Positions 7,242 through 17,194 of a stretch of 34,962 nt of DNA are shown one piece after another. Every line of letters starts with the position of its first letter. Positions within the stretch are counted from its first letter, which is position 1. Source of the stretch: a virus; IMG/VR virus record IMGVR_UViG_3300012348_000038; one strand, written 5' to 3'. A program made the translations under genes and the position numbers. The notes beneath the pieces are model-generated. The model saw only the letters and a program-made list of their open reading frames with translations, ran no database searches and was not told the origin of the DNA.

Positions 7242-7819
7242 TGGCTATTCAAGTCGAACGTGAATCCATTAGCACTAAGTCTAGGTTTGTATCGCCTACC
7301 TATACAGACAAAGATGGGGTGCAACAGGTCATTGGCTCTGATAGGTCAATGCCAACCATTGATGTAAACCATTTACGCTTGCATGAAGGTCGCGCTTACT
7401 ACGTTTATAAGACATACCCATACTCTGCTGGGTTGGCTGCTGGCTCTAGTATAGACATTGCTTTGGCATTTCCTTCTGGAACAACGCCACACCTTGTATT
7501 TCAGTATGAAAGCCCAGGTGAATCTGAGTTCTATATGTATGAAGCACCTACAACGTCTGGTGGCACGGCATTAACAAAGCACCGTAGGAATAGGAATCTA
7601 GTTACGACTAGCGTTGCGGCTGCTGTGATTGCTCCAACTGTAACGTCACTAGGCACAGAGGTGTATTCTGAGTTCATCCCTGCTAGTAACAAAGGCGGTG
7701 GCAATGGTACTTATAGCTTTGAGTTTGTGTTAGCTCCATTAACCACATACTTGTTTAGGCTAACAAACGTCAACTCACAACCCCATCCTTGCAACTTGAG
7801 AATTGAGTGGTATGAATAA
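7241..7819 (+). CDS. Hypothetical beta-rich protein (192 aa), possible virion component
   Basis: Long ORF between terminase and portal. Family not recognised. Confidence 0.6.
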   Translation: MAIQVERESISTKSRFVSPTYTDKDGVQQVIGSDRSMPTIDVNHLRLHEGRAYYVYKTYPYSAGLAAGSSIDIALAFPSGTTPHLVFQYESPGESEFYMYEAPTTSGGTALTKHRRNRNLVTTSVAAAVIAPTVTSLGTEVYSEFIPASNKGGGNGTYSFEFVLAPLTTYLFRLTNVNSQPHPCNLRIEWYE

Positions 7820-8088
7820 TGAGAAAAGAGCATAAGAATCCAGCAGGCGGATTAACTGAAGCAGGTCGTAAATACTTTAAACGCACAGAAGGCTCTAACC
7901 TAAAGGCGCCAGTAAAGGAAGGTACTAACCCTAGGCGCGTATCATTTGCCGCAAGGTTTGCTGGCATGAAAGGCCCACTGGTAGATGAGAATGGCAAGCC
8001 AACTAGATTAAAGTTAGCGCTAAGGGCTTGGGGATTTGGTAGTAAAGAAGCTGCACGAAAATTTGCAAACGCACATAAAAAGAGTTAG
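7819..8088 (+). CDS. Conserved basic phage protein (KNPAGGLTEAGRKYF ... NPRRVSFAARF motif)
   Basis: The motif pattern recurs in small proteins of marine podophages. Function unknown. Confidence 0.55.
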   Translation: MRKEHKNPAGGLTEAGRKYFKRTEGSNLKAPVKEGTNPRRVSFAARFAGMKGPLVDENGKPTRLKLALRAWGFGSKEAARKFANAHKKS

Positions 8089-8096
8089 GACATAAC

Positions 8097-9674
8097 ATGG
8101 CTGAAATGAGATTAAAACCGGAAGATATTTTAAAACGTCACGAGATTGCTCTGACTAAGAAAGAGGAGTTTCGCTCTCTTTATGACGAGGCTTATGAGTT
8201 TGCATTGCCACAACGTAATCTGTATGACGGGTTCTACGATGGTAAGGTAGGCGGTGCCAAGAAGATGAATCGTGTCTTTGACGCTACGGCTATTAACTCT
8301 ACACAACGCTTTGCTAACCGTATGCAGTCAGGAATATTCCCACCGCAAACTAAGTGGTGTCGTCTTGAGGCTGGTACTGATATACCTGCTGACCGTAAAG
8401 CTGAAGCACAAGGTGCGCTAGACGTTTACACAGAGAAGATGTTTGCTACTATCAAGCAATCTAACTTTGACATTGCTGTAGGCGAGTCATTGCTAGACCT
8501 TTGCGTTGGCACATCCGTAATGATGGTGCAACCCGGTGACGATACTAGCCCTATTAACTTCATTCCAGTGCCACAGTTCTTAGTTGCATTTGAAGAAGGC
8601 GCTAATGGTCGTGTAGATAACGTGTATCGTCGTATGCGTTTAAAGGGCGAAGCAATATCACAGCAATGGAAAGACGCTAAGATTGAGGGAGCGTTAAAGA
8701 GCAAAATCGAACAGAAGCCGACAGAAGATATTGAACTAATAGAAGCGACAGTGTTTGATGCTAAACGCGGTGACTATTGCTACCATGTTATCCACAAGGA
8801 AAGCAAGTCAGAGATTGTTTACCGTCGTATGAAGTTTAGTCCTTGGGTTGTCAGCCGTTACATGAAAGTGGCTGGTGAAATCTATGGTCGTGGCCCATTA
8901 ATCACAGCATTGCCTGACATCAAGACATTAAACAAAGTGCTAGAGTTAGTGCTTAAAAATGCGTCATTGGCTATTGCTGGTGTATATACTGCGGCTGATG
9001 ATGGTGTGCTTAACCCTAATACTGTCACAATCGCTCCAGGAGTGATTATTCCTGTAGCCCGTAACGGTGGGCCACAAGGCGAGTCATTGAAGCCTCTACC
9101 ACGCGCTGGTGACTTCAACGTATCTCAAATTGTGATGAACGACTTGCGTATGAACATTAAGTCTATCTTGCTAGATGAGTCATTGCCACCTGATAACATG
9201 TCTGCTCGTTCTGCGACAGAAGTTATTGAGCGCATGAAACAGTTATCACAAAACCTAGGCTCTGCCTTTGGTCGCTTGATTAACGAGACTATGGTTCCAC
9301 TTGTAGAGAAGATACTACAGATTATGGATGACCGTGGCATCATTGACTTGCCATTAAAGGTAAATGGCCTTGAGATTAAAGTAACTCCCATCTCACCACT
9401 AGCCATGTCACAGAATATGGATGATGTGCAAAACATTATGCAATACTTGCAGATTACACAGCAAGCTGGGCCAGAAGGTCAGTTCACACTTAAGACTGAT
9501 ATGTTGCTAGACTTGATTGCAGATAAGATGGCTATACCGCAAGCAGTGCGTAATTCACCAGCCGAGCGTGATATGATGAAACAACAAGCCGCTCAGATGG
9601 CTCAACAAGCCGCACAAGCTAATCCAGAGATGGCATCGCAAGTTGTAGGTGAAGCTATGAAAGGTGCAATGTAA
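8097..9674 (+). CDS. Portal (T7-type head-to-tail connector)
   Basis: 525 aa, located between terminase and scaffold. The N-terminal KKEEFRSLYDEAYEFALPQRN and the Q/A-rich C-terminus fit podovirus connector proteins. Confidence 0.85.
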   Translation: MAEMRLKPEDILKRHEIALTKKEEFRSLYDEAYEFALPQRNLYDGFYDGKVGGAKKMNRVFDATAINSTQRFANRMQSGIFPPQTKWCRLEAGTDIPADRKAEAQGALDVYTEKMFATIKQSNFDIAVGESLLDLCVGTSVMMVQPGDDTSPINFIPVPQFLVAFEEGANGRVDNVYRRMRLKGEAISQQWKDAKIEGALKSKIEQKPTEDIELIEATVFDAKRGDYCYHVIHKESKSEIVYRRMKFSPWVVSRYMKVAGEIYGRGPLITALPDIKTLNKVLELVLKNASLAIAGVYTAADDGVLNPNTVTIAPGVIIPVARNGGPQGESLKPLPRAGDFNVSQIVMNDLRMNIKSILLDESLPPDNMSARSATEVIERMKQLSQNLGSAFGRLINETMVPLVEKILQIMDDRGIIDLPLKVNGLEIKVTPISPLAMSQNMDDVQNIMQYLQITQQAGPEGQFTLKTDMLLDLIADKMAIPQAVRNSPAERDMMKQQAAQMAQQAAQANPEMASQVVGEAMKGAM

Positions 9675-9949
9675 TGGCAACACTTGATGGATGGGAAGGG
9701 CTTGAGTTTCAAGCTACAGACATACGTAAGGTAGAGCAGGCGCGTGAGGACTTGGCTAAACTATGTCACCGCGTACTTGCCTCTAACGAAGACGGCAAGA
9801 AGTTAATGGAATGGTTACGCAATACAATATTAGAGCATCCTGTCGCCGTGCCGGGAGCTGACCCTAGCTTTGCATTTTATCGTGAAGGACAATGTAGCGT
9901 CATTAGGGATTTAGAAGCACGGATTAAACAAGCAAAGGAACTTAAATGA
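9674..9949 (+). CDS. Hypothetical protein (91 aa)
   Basis: ORF-track ORF with coupled ATG/stop overlaps to both neighbours. Confidence 0.55.
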   Translation: MATLDGWEGLEFQATDIRKVEQAREDLAKLCHRVLASNEDGKKLMEWLRNTILEHPVAVPGADPSFAFYREGQCSVIRDLEARIKQAKELK

Positions 9950-10719
9950 CCGAAGAAAATACCCAACCCCAAGGCGGAGAACAACCTGCTGAAGGCTTAT
10001 TGGACAGTATTTCACTAGATAGTAACGAGCCAGTAGATACAAGCAAATCAGAAATAAGCCATCTACAAGAGCCAGAAGATGATTCGCCATTAGAACGCCC
10101 AGATTGGTGGCCTGAGAACTTTTGGAAGAAAGACGATTCCGAGCCTGACTTGGAAGCCATAGCAAAATCATGGACAGATTTACGGAAACAAATTAGCCAG
10201 GGTAAACATAAAGCACCAGAAGACGGTAAATATGATTACTCAGCATTTGGCTCAACACCAGAAGACGACCCAGTTCGTCAGCATGTGTCTGGTTGGGCTA
10301 AGGAGTATGGCGTAAGCCAAGTTGCTCTTGATGCTTTAGTTGGTGGTGTGATAGAGAAAGCTGGCTCTGTGCAACAACAAGCTAAGTTTGATGCTGCTGC
10401 CGAGAAGAAAGCGTTAGGCCCTAATGCTGACGTTATTATTAAAGGCATGACTGAGTGGGCTGGTGGCCTAGTGCAGAAAGGCATTTGGGGCAAAGATGAC
10501 TTTGAAGAATTTAAGTTTATGGGCGGTACTGCAAAAGGTATTCAAGCATTAACTAAACTACGCGAAGCCTATGAAGGTCGTATTCCTACTCAATCAGCCC
10601 CTATTGATGGTGCGCCATCTAAAGACGAGTTGATGGGTATGGTAGCTGACCCACGTTATAAAACAGATGCAGCTTACCGCACTAAAGTTGAAAGAATGTT
10701 TAACCAAGCGTTTAATTAA
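9946..10719 (+). CDS. Scaffolding protein
   Basis: Acidic, helical and low-complexity. Lies between portal and major capsid. Confidence 0.7.
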   Translation: MTEENTQPQGGEQPAEGLLDSISLDSNEPVDTSKSEISHLQEPEDDSPLERPDWWPENFWKKDDSEPDLEAIAKSWTDLRKQISQGKHKAPEDGKYDYSAFGSTPEDDPVRQHVSGWAKEYGVSQVALDALVGGVIEKAGSVQQQAKFDAAAEKKALGPNADVIIKGMTEWAGGLVQKGIWGKDDFEEFKFMGGTAKGIQALTKLREAYEGRIPTQSAPIDGAPSKDELMGMVADPRYKTDAAYRTKVERMFNQAFN

Positions 10720-10736
10720 CTGCAAATGTAACAACG

Positions 10737-10765
10737 ATACCCAGCTTCGGTTGGGTATTTTTTTG
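10737..10765 (+). terminator. Strong intrinsic terminator with a C(UUCG)G tetraloop
   Basis: ATACCCAGC-ttcg-GTTGGGTAT followed by a T-run of about 7. Confidence 0.85.
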
Positions 10766-10805
10766 TCCTAATCATAAATATTTCTTATCAATATGTAAAA
10801 AACAA

Positions 10806-10834
10806 TTGTATTTATTTATTGACTGTGATATAAA
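10806..10834 (+). promoter_or_regulatory. Candidate promoter for the capsid cassette
   Basis: TTGTAT, a 17-nt spacer, then TATAAA, in the 254-bp gap upstream of the capsid gene. Confidence 0.3.
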
Positions 10835-10973
10835 GAGCGTGGGCATATCATTAAATTGACCCCGAACTCAAGTAACCTTGACGATTGGCTTCCGTAAGTA
10901 GCAAGCAACGGCCCGCTTCGCGGCACACCACAGCACAAAACTTTATTTATAATTCGTTATTAGGAGATACAAA

Positions 10974-11816
10974 ATGAGTATTGGTCTATCAAATGCTTTT
11001 GTAACCCTCTTTGACGCAGAAGTTAAACAAGCATACCAAGGTAAAGCAATGTTGGTAGGTGCTGTACGTCAGCGTCGTGGAGTAGAAGGTTCTACAGTTA
11101 AATTCCCAAAAGTAGGTCGTGGCGTTGCTACACCTCGTGTTGGTCAAACAGATGTAACACCATTAAACGTTGGTTTTTCTAACGTTACATTAAACTTAGC
11201 TGACTGGATTGCTGCTGAATACAGCGACATATTCTCTCAAGCTAAAGTAAACTTTGATGAGCGTTCAGAGCTTGTTCAAGTATTAGGTAATGCTATTGGC
11301 CGTCGTCAAGACCAATTGATTCTTGATGCTTTGGCTGCTTCTGGCACATCATTAAGCGTTGGCAACGACGTTGGTGGTGCAGATACAAACATGAACGTAG
11401 CTAAACTTCGTCAAGCTAAAGGCTTAATGGACAAAAACAACGTTCCACCTACAGACCGTGGCATTATCATTCACTCTAATGGTTTACAATCATTATTGGC
11501 AGAGACAGCAGTAACTAGCTCTGACTTCAATACTGTTAAAGCATTAGTAAACGGTGAACTAGATACATTCTTAGGTTTTAAATTCCATGTTATTGGCGAC
11601 CGTACAGAAGGTGGTTTGGCAATTGATGGTTCATTAGACCGTACATGTTTTGCGTTCCACAAAGATGCTATCGGCTACGGCGAAGGTATTGCTCCAAAAA
11701 CAGAAATCAATTACATCCCAGAAAAAACATCTTTCTTGGTTGCATCTATGTTCTCTGCTGGCGCAACTACTATCGACGCAGAAGGTATCGTGTCTATTGT
11801 TGCTCGTGAATCTTAA
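10974..11816 (+). CDS. Major capsid protein
   Basis: Strong SD (TAGGAGA). Position after the scaffold. Highly biased codon use. Flanked by terminators. Confidence 0.85.
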   Translation: MSIGLSNAFVTLFDAEVKQAYQGKAMLVGAVRQRRGVEGSTVKFPKVGRGVATPRVGQTDVTPLNVGFSNVTLNLADWIAAEYSDIFSQAKVNFDERSELVQVLGNAIGRRQDQLILDALAASGTSLSVGNDVGGADTNMNVAKLRQAKGLMDKNNVPPTDRGIIIHSNGLQSLLAETAVTSSDFNTVKALVNGELDTFLGFKFHVIGDRTEGGLAIDGSLDRTCFAFHKDAIGYGEGIAPKTEINYIPEKTSFLVASMFSAGATTIDAEGIVSIVARES

Positions 11817-11827
11817 GGAGATAAACA

Positions 11828-12106
11828 ATGGCATATTCATCAACTGGTTTTTCAACCGTAGCAGCATCTAAAGCTGGTAACTCTCCAGCTATTTATGCTT
11901 ACAAAACAACAGATGCGATTGCAGATGTTAATACTTCAGGCTATTTCAATGGCTTGTCAACAGTATTAAGCGTTGGCGATTTAATCTACTGCGTAACATC
12001 AACAGGTTCTACTGCTGTTGCTACTTTAGTTTACGTTCTTTCTAACGCTTCTGGCGTTGTAGATGTAAACGATGGTACAACATTAGCTAACACTGATGGT
12101 GATTAA
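11828..12106 (+). CDS. Small capsid-associated protein (decoration or cement candidate)
   Basis: Strong SD (TAAGGAGA). Co-expressed with the capsid gene inside the same terminator-bounded cassette. Confidence 0.5.
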   Translation: MAYSSTGFSTVAASKAGNSPAIYAYKTTDAIADVNTSGYFNGLSTVLSVGDLIYCVTSTGSTAVATLVYVLSNASGVVDVNDGTTLANTDGD

Positions 12107-12119
12107 TAAGTAATACACT

Positions 12120-12154
12120 AGCCGCCCTGCTGAAAAGTGGGGTGGCTTTTATTT
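12120..12154 (+). terminator. Intrinsic terminator after the capsid cassette
   Basis: AGCCGCCC ... GGGGTGGCT stem followed by TTTTATTT. Confidence 0.75.
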
Positions 12155-12168
12155 ATGTAGAGGTATAT

Positions 12169-12783
12169 ATGGCTGCTGGTGATTCTGGAGTTTCTATTTG
12201 TTCTGACGCATTGATAATGCTAGGGGCAAAACCAATCACATCATTTACTGAAGGTACAGACGAAGCCTCTGTATGTGACCGCCTATACCCAGATATTCGT
12301 GACCAAGCTCTGATGATTTATCCGTGGAGCTTCTCATTCAAGAAGACGCAACTAGCTCGATTAGTAACTACCCCAACCAATGAGTTCAAGTATGAATACC
12401 AAATGCCTTCTGATAGGCTTGGTGCTCCTCGTGCTGTGTATAACTCTAACGGTATTAGCGAGACGCCAATTGTTGGCTACCGTATCATGGGTGCAAAGTT
12501 ACTCACTAACGAAGAAACTATTTACGTCGATTACCAATACTATACACCTGAGACTGAGATGCCTGTGTGGTTTATTCAGTTGCTCAAATACTTAACAGCA
12601 TGGCATATATCAATACCAATCACTGACCAAACAGAGAAGGCCGCTTATTGGCAATCTGTTGCAGTTGGCTCTCCTGGTGAGAATGGTCGTGGTGGTTATA
12701 TGCGTACTGCCATGAATATTGATGGTCAAAACCAACCAGCAAATAGCATTAAAGATTTCTCTCTAATTTCTGTAAGAGGATAG
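12169..12783 (+). CDS. Tail tubular protein A / adaptor-like
   Basis: I prefer the ATG at 12169 (SD GAGG) over the track start at 12142, which lies inside the terminator. 204 aa, in the T7 gp11-equivalent position. N-terminal motif CSDALIMLGAKPITSF. Confidence 0.65.
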   Translation: MAAGDSGVSICSDALIMLGAKPITSFTEGTDEASVCDRLYPDIRDQALMIYPWSFSFKKTQLARLVTTPTNEFKYEYQMPSDRLGAPRAVYNSNGISETPIVGYRIMGAKLLTNEETIYVDYQYYTPETEMPVWFIQLLKYLTAWHISIPITDQTEKAAYWQSVAVGSPGENGRGGYMRTAMNIDGQNQPANSIKDFSLISVRG

Positions 12784-12786
12784 TAG

Positions 12787-15006
12787 ATGGCTCGTTTTGT
12801 CACAATGCAGACAAACTTCACGGCTGGTGAGCTTGACCCTCTTATTCGTGCGCGTAATGATTTAAAGTCATACGGTAATGCTTTAGAAAAAGCTACGAAC
12901 GTAGTCTGTCAGCCACAAGGCGGTATTACTCGTAGGTCTGGCACTCGTTACATCACAGCATTGCCTAACTCTGGAACTGAGTCTGCTGGCAATGGCTCAC
13001 GCTTAGTTGCCTTTGAGTTCTCCACATCTGATAGCTACATGCTTTGCTTTACGCATAATCGCATGTATGTATTCAAGAATGGCGCATTAGTTAGTAACAT
13101 AAATGGTACTGGCAATCCTTACCTAGTTACGACTATTGGCTCATCTGTATTAAATGAAATGTGCTGGACACAATCTGCTGACACATTGATTGTTACCCAT
13201 GAGACCATAAACCCAGTTAAGATTGTTCGTGGGGGCAGTGACTCAACTTGGACTGCATCTAGCTTGGCTTTTGATAGCGTTCCTAAGTATGCGTTTACAT
13301 TAAGCACATTCAACCCACCTGGCACATTAACGCCATCTGCCGTAGCAGGCAAAATAACATTAACTGCATCTGAGCCTGATGTAACTGGCACAGCTCAAAC
13401 TGGCTCTACATCAACTACAATCAAGTTAGCTACAGGCGCAAGTGCTACAGATGACGCATACAATGTCATGTATGTCACAATTACCAGTGGTACTGGTTCT
13501 GGCCAAGTTCGCAGAATAACTGATTACGTTGGCGCAACAAAAGTAGCGACTGTCAATACTGCTTGGACTACAACTCCGGACAACACTTCAGTATATGCTG
13601 TAACTATATTTGTAACGGCAGATGTTGGCCAATACATTAATGCTACGCCACAAGGCAGAGCTAAGATTGTAGAGTATGTTAGTGGCACTGAAGTAAATGC
13701 TGTTACAGAGTTCCCATTCTTTGCGTCTACTGCCATAGCAACAGGCAACTGGCAATTAGAGAATGGTTACGAAAGCGTATGGTCAGCATCTCGTGGCTAC
13801 CCAAGAGCGGTAACATTCCATCAAGGTCGTTTATATTTTGGCGGTAGCAAGTCAAGGCCATCAACTATATGGGGAAGTCGTGTAGGACAGTTCTTTGACT
13901 TTGAGCCTACAGAAGGTTTTGATGATGACGCTGTAGAGGCTACGCTAGACACCAATACATTTAACGCCATTGTAGATATTATTAGTGGTCGTGACTTGCA
14001 AATCTTTACTACTGGTGGCGAGTTCTATGTGCCACAACAAGGTCTTGAGCCAATTACACCAACATCATTCTTTGTAAATAGTGCTGGCCGTAATGGTAGC
14101 AAGCCAGGTGTTCGCGTTCAATTGCTAGATGCAGGCACGTTATTTATGCAACGCCAAGGTAAAGCCTTAAGCGAAGTGGCATTTAGCGATACGCAACTTA
14201 CTTACATTACCAATAAGATTTCATTATTATCCGGCCATTTGCTTAAAGAGCCAAAACGCATGGCACTACGTAAAGCTGTTGATACTGATGAGAATGACTT
14301 GCTATTAATCGTTAATGCTACAGACGGCACGATTGCCGCTTATTCATTATTACGCGCAGAGAATGTAATTGCTCCATCTGAGTTTATAACTAGCGGTGGC
14401 GAGTTCCAAGAGATTGGTGTAGACATTACTACTATTTACTCTGTAGTTAAGCGTACTATAAATGGCGTTGTTCAATATTACGTTGAGAAGTTTGAACATG
14501 GACTATTAACTGACTGTGCACAGACTGGCGGAGCTGTTTCGTCATTAACTGTGTCACACCTCGTAGGAAAGACTGTAAACCTATTGTTGGATGGATTGGT
14601 TCAAGCTGATAAAGTCGTCGGTTCTGGGGGCACTGTGACGCTTCCAAGGCCATCTACAACGAGTTATGAGACTGGATTACCGATTACAATAGAAGCTAGG
14701 ACTATGCCAGTTGACATTAAACTGCAAACTGGAACTAGAGTTGGCTTTAAGAAACGGATTGTAGAAGTAAATGCGCTAGTGTTAGAAACTCAACACATGA
14801 AGATTAATGGCATTGAAGTTCAATTCCGGACATTTGATACAGCCAATATACTTGATACAGACATTCCAGAATTTACAGGAACTAAAGTAGTTAATGGTAT
14901 TCTTGGCTATAGCAACGAAGCTAAGATTACAATTACACAAACATATCCGCTCAAGTTTACTTTGCTTGGGATGGAATATAAAATAGCAGTACATCAGGGG
15001 ACTTAA
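12787..15006 (+). CDS. Tail tubular protein B / nozzle-like
   Basis: 739 aa, in the T7 gp12-equivalent position. N-terminal motif FTAGELDPLIRARNDLKSY. Confidence 0.7.
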   Translation: MARFVTMQTNFTAGELDPLIRARNDLKSYGNALEKATNVVCQPQGGITRRSGTRYITALPNSGTESAGNGSRLVAFEFSTSDSYMLCFTHNRMYVFKNGALVSNINGTGNPYLVTTIGSSVLNEMCWTQSADTLIVTHETINPVKIVRGGSDSTWTASSLAFDSVPKYAFTLSTFNPPGTLTPSAVAGKITLTASEPDVTGTAQTGSTSTTIKLATGASATDDAYNVMYVTITSGTGSGQVRRITDYVGATKVATVNTAWTTTPDNTSVYAVTIFVTADVGQYINATPQGRAKIVEYVSGTEVNAVTEFPFFASTAIATGNWQLENGYESVWSASRGYPRAVTFHQGRLYFGGSKSRPSTIWGSRVGQFFDFEPTEGFDDDAVEATLDTNTFNAIVDIISGRDLQIFTTGGEFYVPQQGLEPITPTSFFVNSAGRNGSKPGVRVQLLDAGTLFMQRQGKALSEVAFSDTQLTYITNKISLLSGHLLKEPKRMALRKAVDTDENDLLLIVNATDGTIAAYSLLRAENVIAPSEFITSGGEFQEIGVDITTIYSVVKRTINGVVQYYVEKFEHGLLTDCAQTGGAVSSLTVSHLVGKTVNLLLDGLVQADKVVGSGGTVTLPRPSTTSYETGLPITIEARTMPVDIKLQTGTRVGFKKRIVEVNALVLETQHMKINGIEVQFRTFDTANILDTDIPEFTGTKVVNGILGYSNEAKITITQTYPLKFTLLGMEYKIAVHQGT

Positions 15007-15008
15007 TT

Positions 15009-15497
15009 ATGCAATTTGTAGCTATAGCGGCTGCTGGGTTATCTGCGGTTGGTTCTTTACGGCAAGGGCAACAACAGGCGACAATGTATCGACTGCAAGC
15101 ACAGCAAGCCAAGTTAAAGGCTAGTCGTGATGCTTTGCAGTATGAGCAACAAGCTAACTCTGTGTTAGACAGATTATTGCAAAATAATGCTACTGCTGCC
15201 GCTAAAGGTTTTGCTGGTGGCGTATCAGGTTTCTCTGGTTCTGCTAAATTAATACAAGAGCGTAGCACTAAAGAGGCTGGTCAAGACGTTGGAGTGTTGC
15301 AAGAAGGCGCTAAGAGTGCATTATCCTTTGGCGAGATACAGTCAAGAATGTTAAATGAGGCGGCAAGCGATGCTATTACTGGTTCTTACTTTGATGCTAT
15401 TGGTAAACTTGGAACTGCGGCTATGTCATACAATATGTCCGCTCCCGGAACAACAACAAAAGCGCCAGTCGTTGAAGGCAAATGGAGTCCAGCATAA
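15009..15497 (+). CDS. Internal virion protein (small)
   Basis: Hydrophobic N-terminus followed by a Q/A-rich helical region. Lies in the T7 gp13/14-like position. Confidence 0.5.
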   Translation: MQFVAIAAAGLSAVGSLRQGQQQATMYRLQAQQAKLKASRDALQYEQQANSVLDRLLQNNATAAAKGFAGGVSGFSGSAKLIQERSTKEAGQDVGVLQEGAKSALSFGEIQSRMLNEAASDAITGSYFDAIGKLGTAAMSYNMSAPGTTTKAPVVEGKWSPA

Positions 15498-17194
15498 TGG
15501 CTGATTTACCAAGATACCAATCTACTGGTCGAGTTTATTCTGACTTACCTCAGTTAGACTTTGCCAATGTGCGCGAGTCATTTAAGCAATCGCAAGCCAT
15601 GTCCAATCAGTTAGATAGATTATCTAATTATGCGTTTACTGAAGTTGGCAAAGCAACTGAAAAGCAAGCAGAGCAGTTTGCGCTTGATAATCCAATTACG
15701 ATAGAGCAATTAAAGAACGCTCAATCTAATGGCATCAATGCTGATGATTTAATTAAGGCTAGTGGCGGCGGTAGAATTTGGGAAGAAACATTACGCAAGT
15801 TCCAAGGTGAGCAATTACGTTCACAACTTGAAGTGCATGGTCAAGCGGCATTAACAGACATACTTTCTCAAGTAGAGCGCAAAGAACTAACTGACCCTGC
15901 TGAGATTAAACAAAAGTTTGAGTCTGCTGTTACTGGTTTTGAAAAGCCATTAGCTAACATAAATCCCGATTCTGCTGTTAGATTTAAACAGTCGATGGGT
16001 GCTACTGCTGGTGCTTTCTATAAAGAAGCCACAAAGAAACTAACTGCTGATTACATTAATGACCAACAGATACTAGCTGAAGAAAATTTAGTGTATAGCT
16101 ATAGGGCTGCTAAAGCAATGGTTGGCACTATTACTGACCCAACATTACTTGATGAGGCTAAGAACTTATTGTTTAAACGTGTCTATGAGCAAGCGCGTGA
16201 AGGCGGTACAGAGTTTGCTCAAACTAAAGCAAATGAATTCCTAAAAGAGTTTGATGCTATTAAGTTAAATCATTTTACTGAAGTTGCCACATCTGATGTG
16301 TATGCAAAAGATATTGTTACTGCTGCACAAAAGATTAGGGCTGGTGACTTTGGTGAGTCATCTGCATTGTATGCAAGCCTACCTGAAGATGAAAAGAAAA
16401 AGGTAAGGCAGAATTCTTTGTTAGCTTGGAAAGATACCATTGACGCTACTAAGCAAGCTGAAGAATATACTAAGTTGCAAAACAAAGAAAAAGATAACAA
16501 TGATGTTATTAGATTGTATGAGTTGCCAGACAATAGCAAAGAAAAACGTAATTTAGCTAGAGACTTGTTTAAACGCAATGCTATTACACAGTCTACACTT
16601 GATGGCATATTAAATCCTAAAAGCGATGATGAGGCTAAAGGCGACCCGTTAGTTGGAGCGTATGCTGAAGCAGATATTATCTATGGGCGCATTACTACTG
16701 AAGCACAATTAAATGCTTTATACCCAACGATAACAAGAAAACAACGTGCTGATTTAATTAAAAGCATGGCAAGTAAAGTAGTTGCTAATAATAAAGCAAA
16801 AATTCGCACTTTTGCTGGGGCTAGTGAAGACCCTATGTCTCCAATTGATACTCCTACAGCCAAAGTAATACAGGATGTTAATGAACTTGCTGAAGGTTTT
16901 AAAGTGCAAACTAATCCTGATGGCTCATTAAAATATAGCCCAAATGAAGCTACGCAGTTAGCTATCCAAGAATATCCTAAATCAGAAAAGTTCCAATCAA
17001 GCAAACAAATTCAAATATCTACATATAATTTTATGAAAGAAAAATTTGTAGGATTTAATCCAGATACAATGACTCCATCAGGATATGCAGCTAAAGCAGG
17101 CATTTCAACTGAGCTAAAAAATAAATTGCAAAAACAGTATGATTCTTATAAAAAAGCAAAAGAAGTGACTAGATTAAGTTCTGGAGCATTATGA
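15497..17194 (+). CDS. Internal virion protein (about 565 aa)
   Basis: I prefer the ATG at 15497 (TAATG coupling, GGAG 9 nt upstream) over 15482. Helical and K/E-rich. Lies in the T7 gp15-like position. Confidence 0.55.
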   Translation: MADLPRYQSTGRVYSDLPQLDFANVRESFKQSQAMSNQLDRLSNYAFTEVGKATEKQAEQFALDNPITIEQLKNAQSNGINADDLIKASGGGRIWEETLRKFQGEQLRSQLEVHGQAALTDILSQVERKELTDPAEIKQKFESAVTGFEKPLANINPDSAVRFKQSMGATAGAFYKEATKKLTADYINDQQILAEENLVYSYRAAKAMVGTITDPTLLDEAKNLLFKRVYEQAREGGTEFAQTKANEFLKEFDAIKLNHFTEVATSDVYAKDIVTAAQKIRAGDFGESSALYASLPEDEKKKVRQNSLLAWKDTIDATKQAEEYTKLQNKEKDNNDVIRLYELPDNSKEKRNLARDLFKRNAITQSTLDGILNPKSDDEAKGDPLVGAYAEADIIYGRITTEAQLNALYPTITRKQRADLIKSMASKVVANNKAKIRTFAGASEDPMSPIDTPTAKVIQDVNELAEGFKVQTNPDGSLKYSPNEATQLAIQEYPKSEKFQSSKQIQISTYNFMKEKFVGFNPDTMTPSGYAAKAGISTELKNKLQKQYDSYKKAKEVTRLSSGAL

